A DNA stretch of 32,000 nt, taken from contig CAWJMG010000003.1 in NCBI GenBank assembly GCA_963843975.1, forward strand, positions 2,580,001 through 2,612,000. The letters are read 5' to 3'. Shown here one piece after another: positions 30,981 through 32,000 of this stretch; the stretch's first letter is position 1; each line of letters begins with the position of its first letter. The DNA comes from an uncultured Actinomycetes bacterium. Lineage in GTDB: Bacteria; Actinomycetota; Actinomycetes; S36-B12; CAIYMF01. The notes below the pieces were generated by a model, which did no database searches, was not told the origin of the DNA, and saw only the letters and a list, made by a program, of their open reading frames with translations. The position numbers and the translations under genes were made by a program.

Positions 30981-32000
30981 TCAGTCGAGGAGGTCGTGGA
31001 GGACGACGGTCTGGTCGCGCTCGGGGCCGACGCCGATCGCGGAGATGCGCGCGTTCGAGCGGTCCTCGAGGTACTGGATGTACGCGCGTGCGTTGGCCGG
31101 AAGGTCGGCGATCTCACGGGCTCCGGAGATGTCCTCGCTCCAGCCGGGGAGGTACTCGTACACCGGCTTGGCGTGGTGGAAGCCCGTCTGCGTCATCGGC
31201 AGGTCCTCGAGGCGCTCGCCGTCGACGTCGTACGCGACGCAGACCGGGATGCGGTCCCAGCCGGACAGGACGTCGAGCTTGGTGATGACCAGGTCGGTGA
31301 CGCCGTTGATGCGCGAGGCGTAGCGGGCGATCGGGATGTCGAACCAGCCGCAGCGGCGCGGACGGCCCGTCGTGGTGCCGTACTCGTGGCCGATGCTGCG
31401 CAGCTTCTCGCCGTCCTCGTCGAACAGCTCCGTCGGGAACGGGCCCTCGCCGACGCGCGTGATGTACGCCTTCGCGATCGCGATCACTCGCGTGACCTGC
31501 GTCGGCGCGATGCCGGCGCCCGTGCACGCTCCGCCGGCGGTCGCGTTGGACGACGTCACGAACGGGTACGTGCCGTGGTCGACGTCGAGCAGTGTGGCCT
31601 GGCCGCCCTCGAGCAGCACGACCTCGTCGCGCTGGAGCGCCTCGCCGAGCAGCAGCGAGGTGTCGGTGACGTAGGGGCGCAGGCGCTCGGTGTGCGCGAG
31701 CAGCTCCTCCACGACCTCGTCGACCGTGATGGCGCGGCGGTTGTAGACCTTCACGAGCAGGTGGTTCTTCTGGGCGAGCGCGCCCTCGACCTTCTGCCGC
31801 AGGATCTTCTCGTCGAAGAGGTCCTGCACGCGGATGCCGACGCGGCTCATCTTGTCGGCGTACGTCGGGCCGATGCCGCGACCGGTCGTGCCGATGCGAC
31901 GGCTGCCGAGGAAGCGCTCGGTGACCTTGTCGAGCGTGCGGTTGTACGACGGGATGATGTGCGCGTTGGCGCTGACGACGAGGCGGCTCGTGTCGACGCC
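30981..32000 (-). CDS. purA: adenylosuccinate synthetase (5' end lies beyond the right edge)
   Basis: The frame is open to the window edge. ...[27 protein letters not shown]...[14 protein letters not shown]...ITKLDVL are classic PurA motifs. TGA at 30981-30983. Confidence 0.95.
   Translation of the reverse strand, partial: GVDTSRLVVSANAHIIPSYNRTLDKVTERFLGSRRIGTTGRGIGPTYADKMSRVGIRVQDLFDEKILRQKVEGALAQKNHLLVKVYNRRAITVDEVVEELLAHTERLRPYVTDTSLLLGEALQRDEVVLLEGGQATLLDVDHGTYPFVTSSNATAGGACTGAGIAPTQVTRVIAIAKAYITRVGEGPFPTELFDEDGEKLRSIGHEYGTTTGRPRRCGWFDIPIARYASRINGVTDLVITKLDVLSGWDRIPVCVAYDVDGERLEDLPMTQTGFHHAKPVYEYLPGWSEDISGAREIADLPANARAYIQYLEDRSNARISAIGVGPERDQTVVLHDLLD

Noticed and set aside
1-32000. Mobile elements, prophage, defence systems or toxin-antitoxin pairs
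   Set aside because: I recognised no transposase, integrase, recombinase, nuclease/helicase/ATPase defence-type genes or small paired TA-like ORFs. The two GNATs lack adjacent small antitoxin-like genes.

Overview
Gene-dense, very high-GC chromosomal segment of an Actinomycetota genome. bldC, a DUF3073 gene and a Leu/Val dehydrogenase next to purF-purM are typical actinobacterial synteny. I support 28 protein-coding loci, two of them cut by the window edges and two with apparent frameshifts. I saw no rRNA, tRNA, CRISPR array, transposase, integrase or phage gene. The backbone is purA (partial), purD, purF-purM, DUF3073, a vdh-like dehydrogenase and bldC. Several modules are interleaved with it. 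(i) mmpL-tetR. (ii) A CUT2-type sugar ABC importer with a single-NBD ATPase (FrcBCA-like), divergent from a LacI gene and a PfkB kinase, with two 14-bp LacI-type operators. (iii) A PotABCD-like polyamine ABC operon packed directly onto an alpha/beta hydrolase and purF-purM. (iv) A flavin monooxygenase plus hydrolase pair, then a sterol-carrier-like / 3-hydroxybutyrate dehydrogenase / two-hydrolase operon. (v) A class-III aminotransferase, two GNATs and a secreted protein of unknown function. I do not see a clear multi-gene novel system such as a defence island. The observations most worth follow-up are these. (a) An orphan 70-aa CsrA-family gene hidden inside a longer track ORF, with no fliW or flagellar genes nearby, upstream of a 229-nt unexplained leader of the polyamine operon. 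(b) A conserved ~54-nt palindromic core present twice, each copy abutting a stop codon and flanked by different but self-complementary sequences. (c) Further long, less GC-rich palindromes and short tandem repeats in intergenic regions. (d) Single-base frameshifts in the LacI and vdh-like genes. All family assignments rest on motifs read by eye and on recalled homologues; no searches or exact statistics were run.
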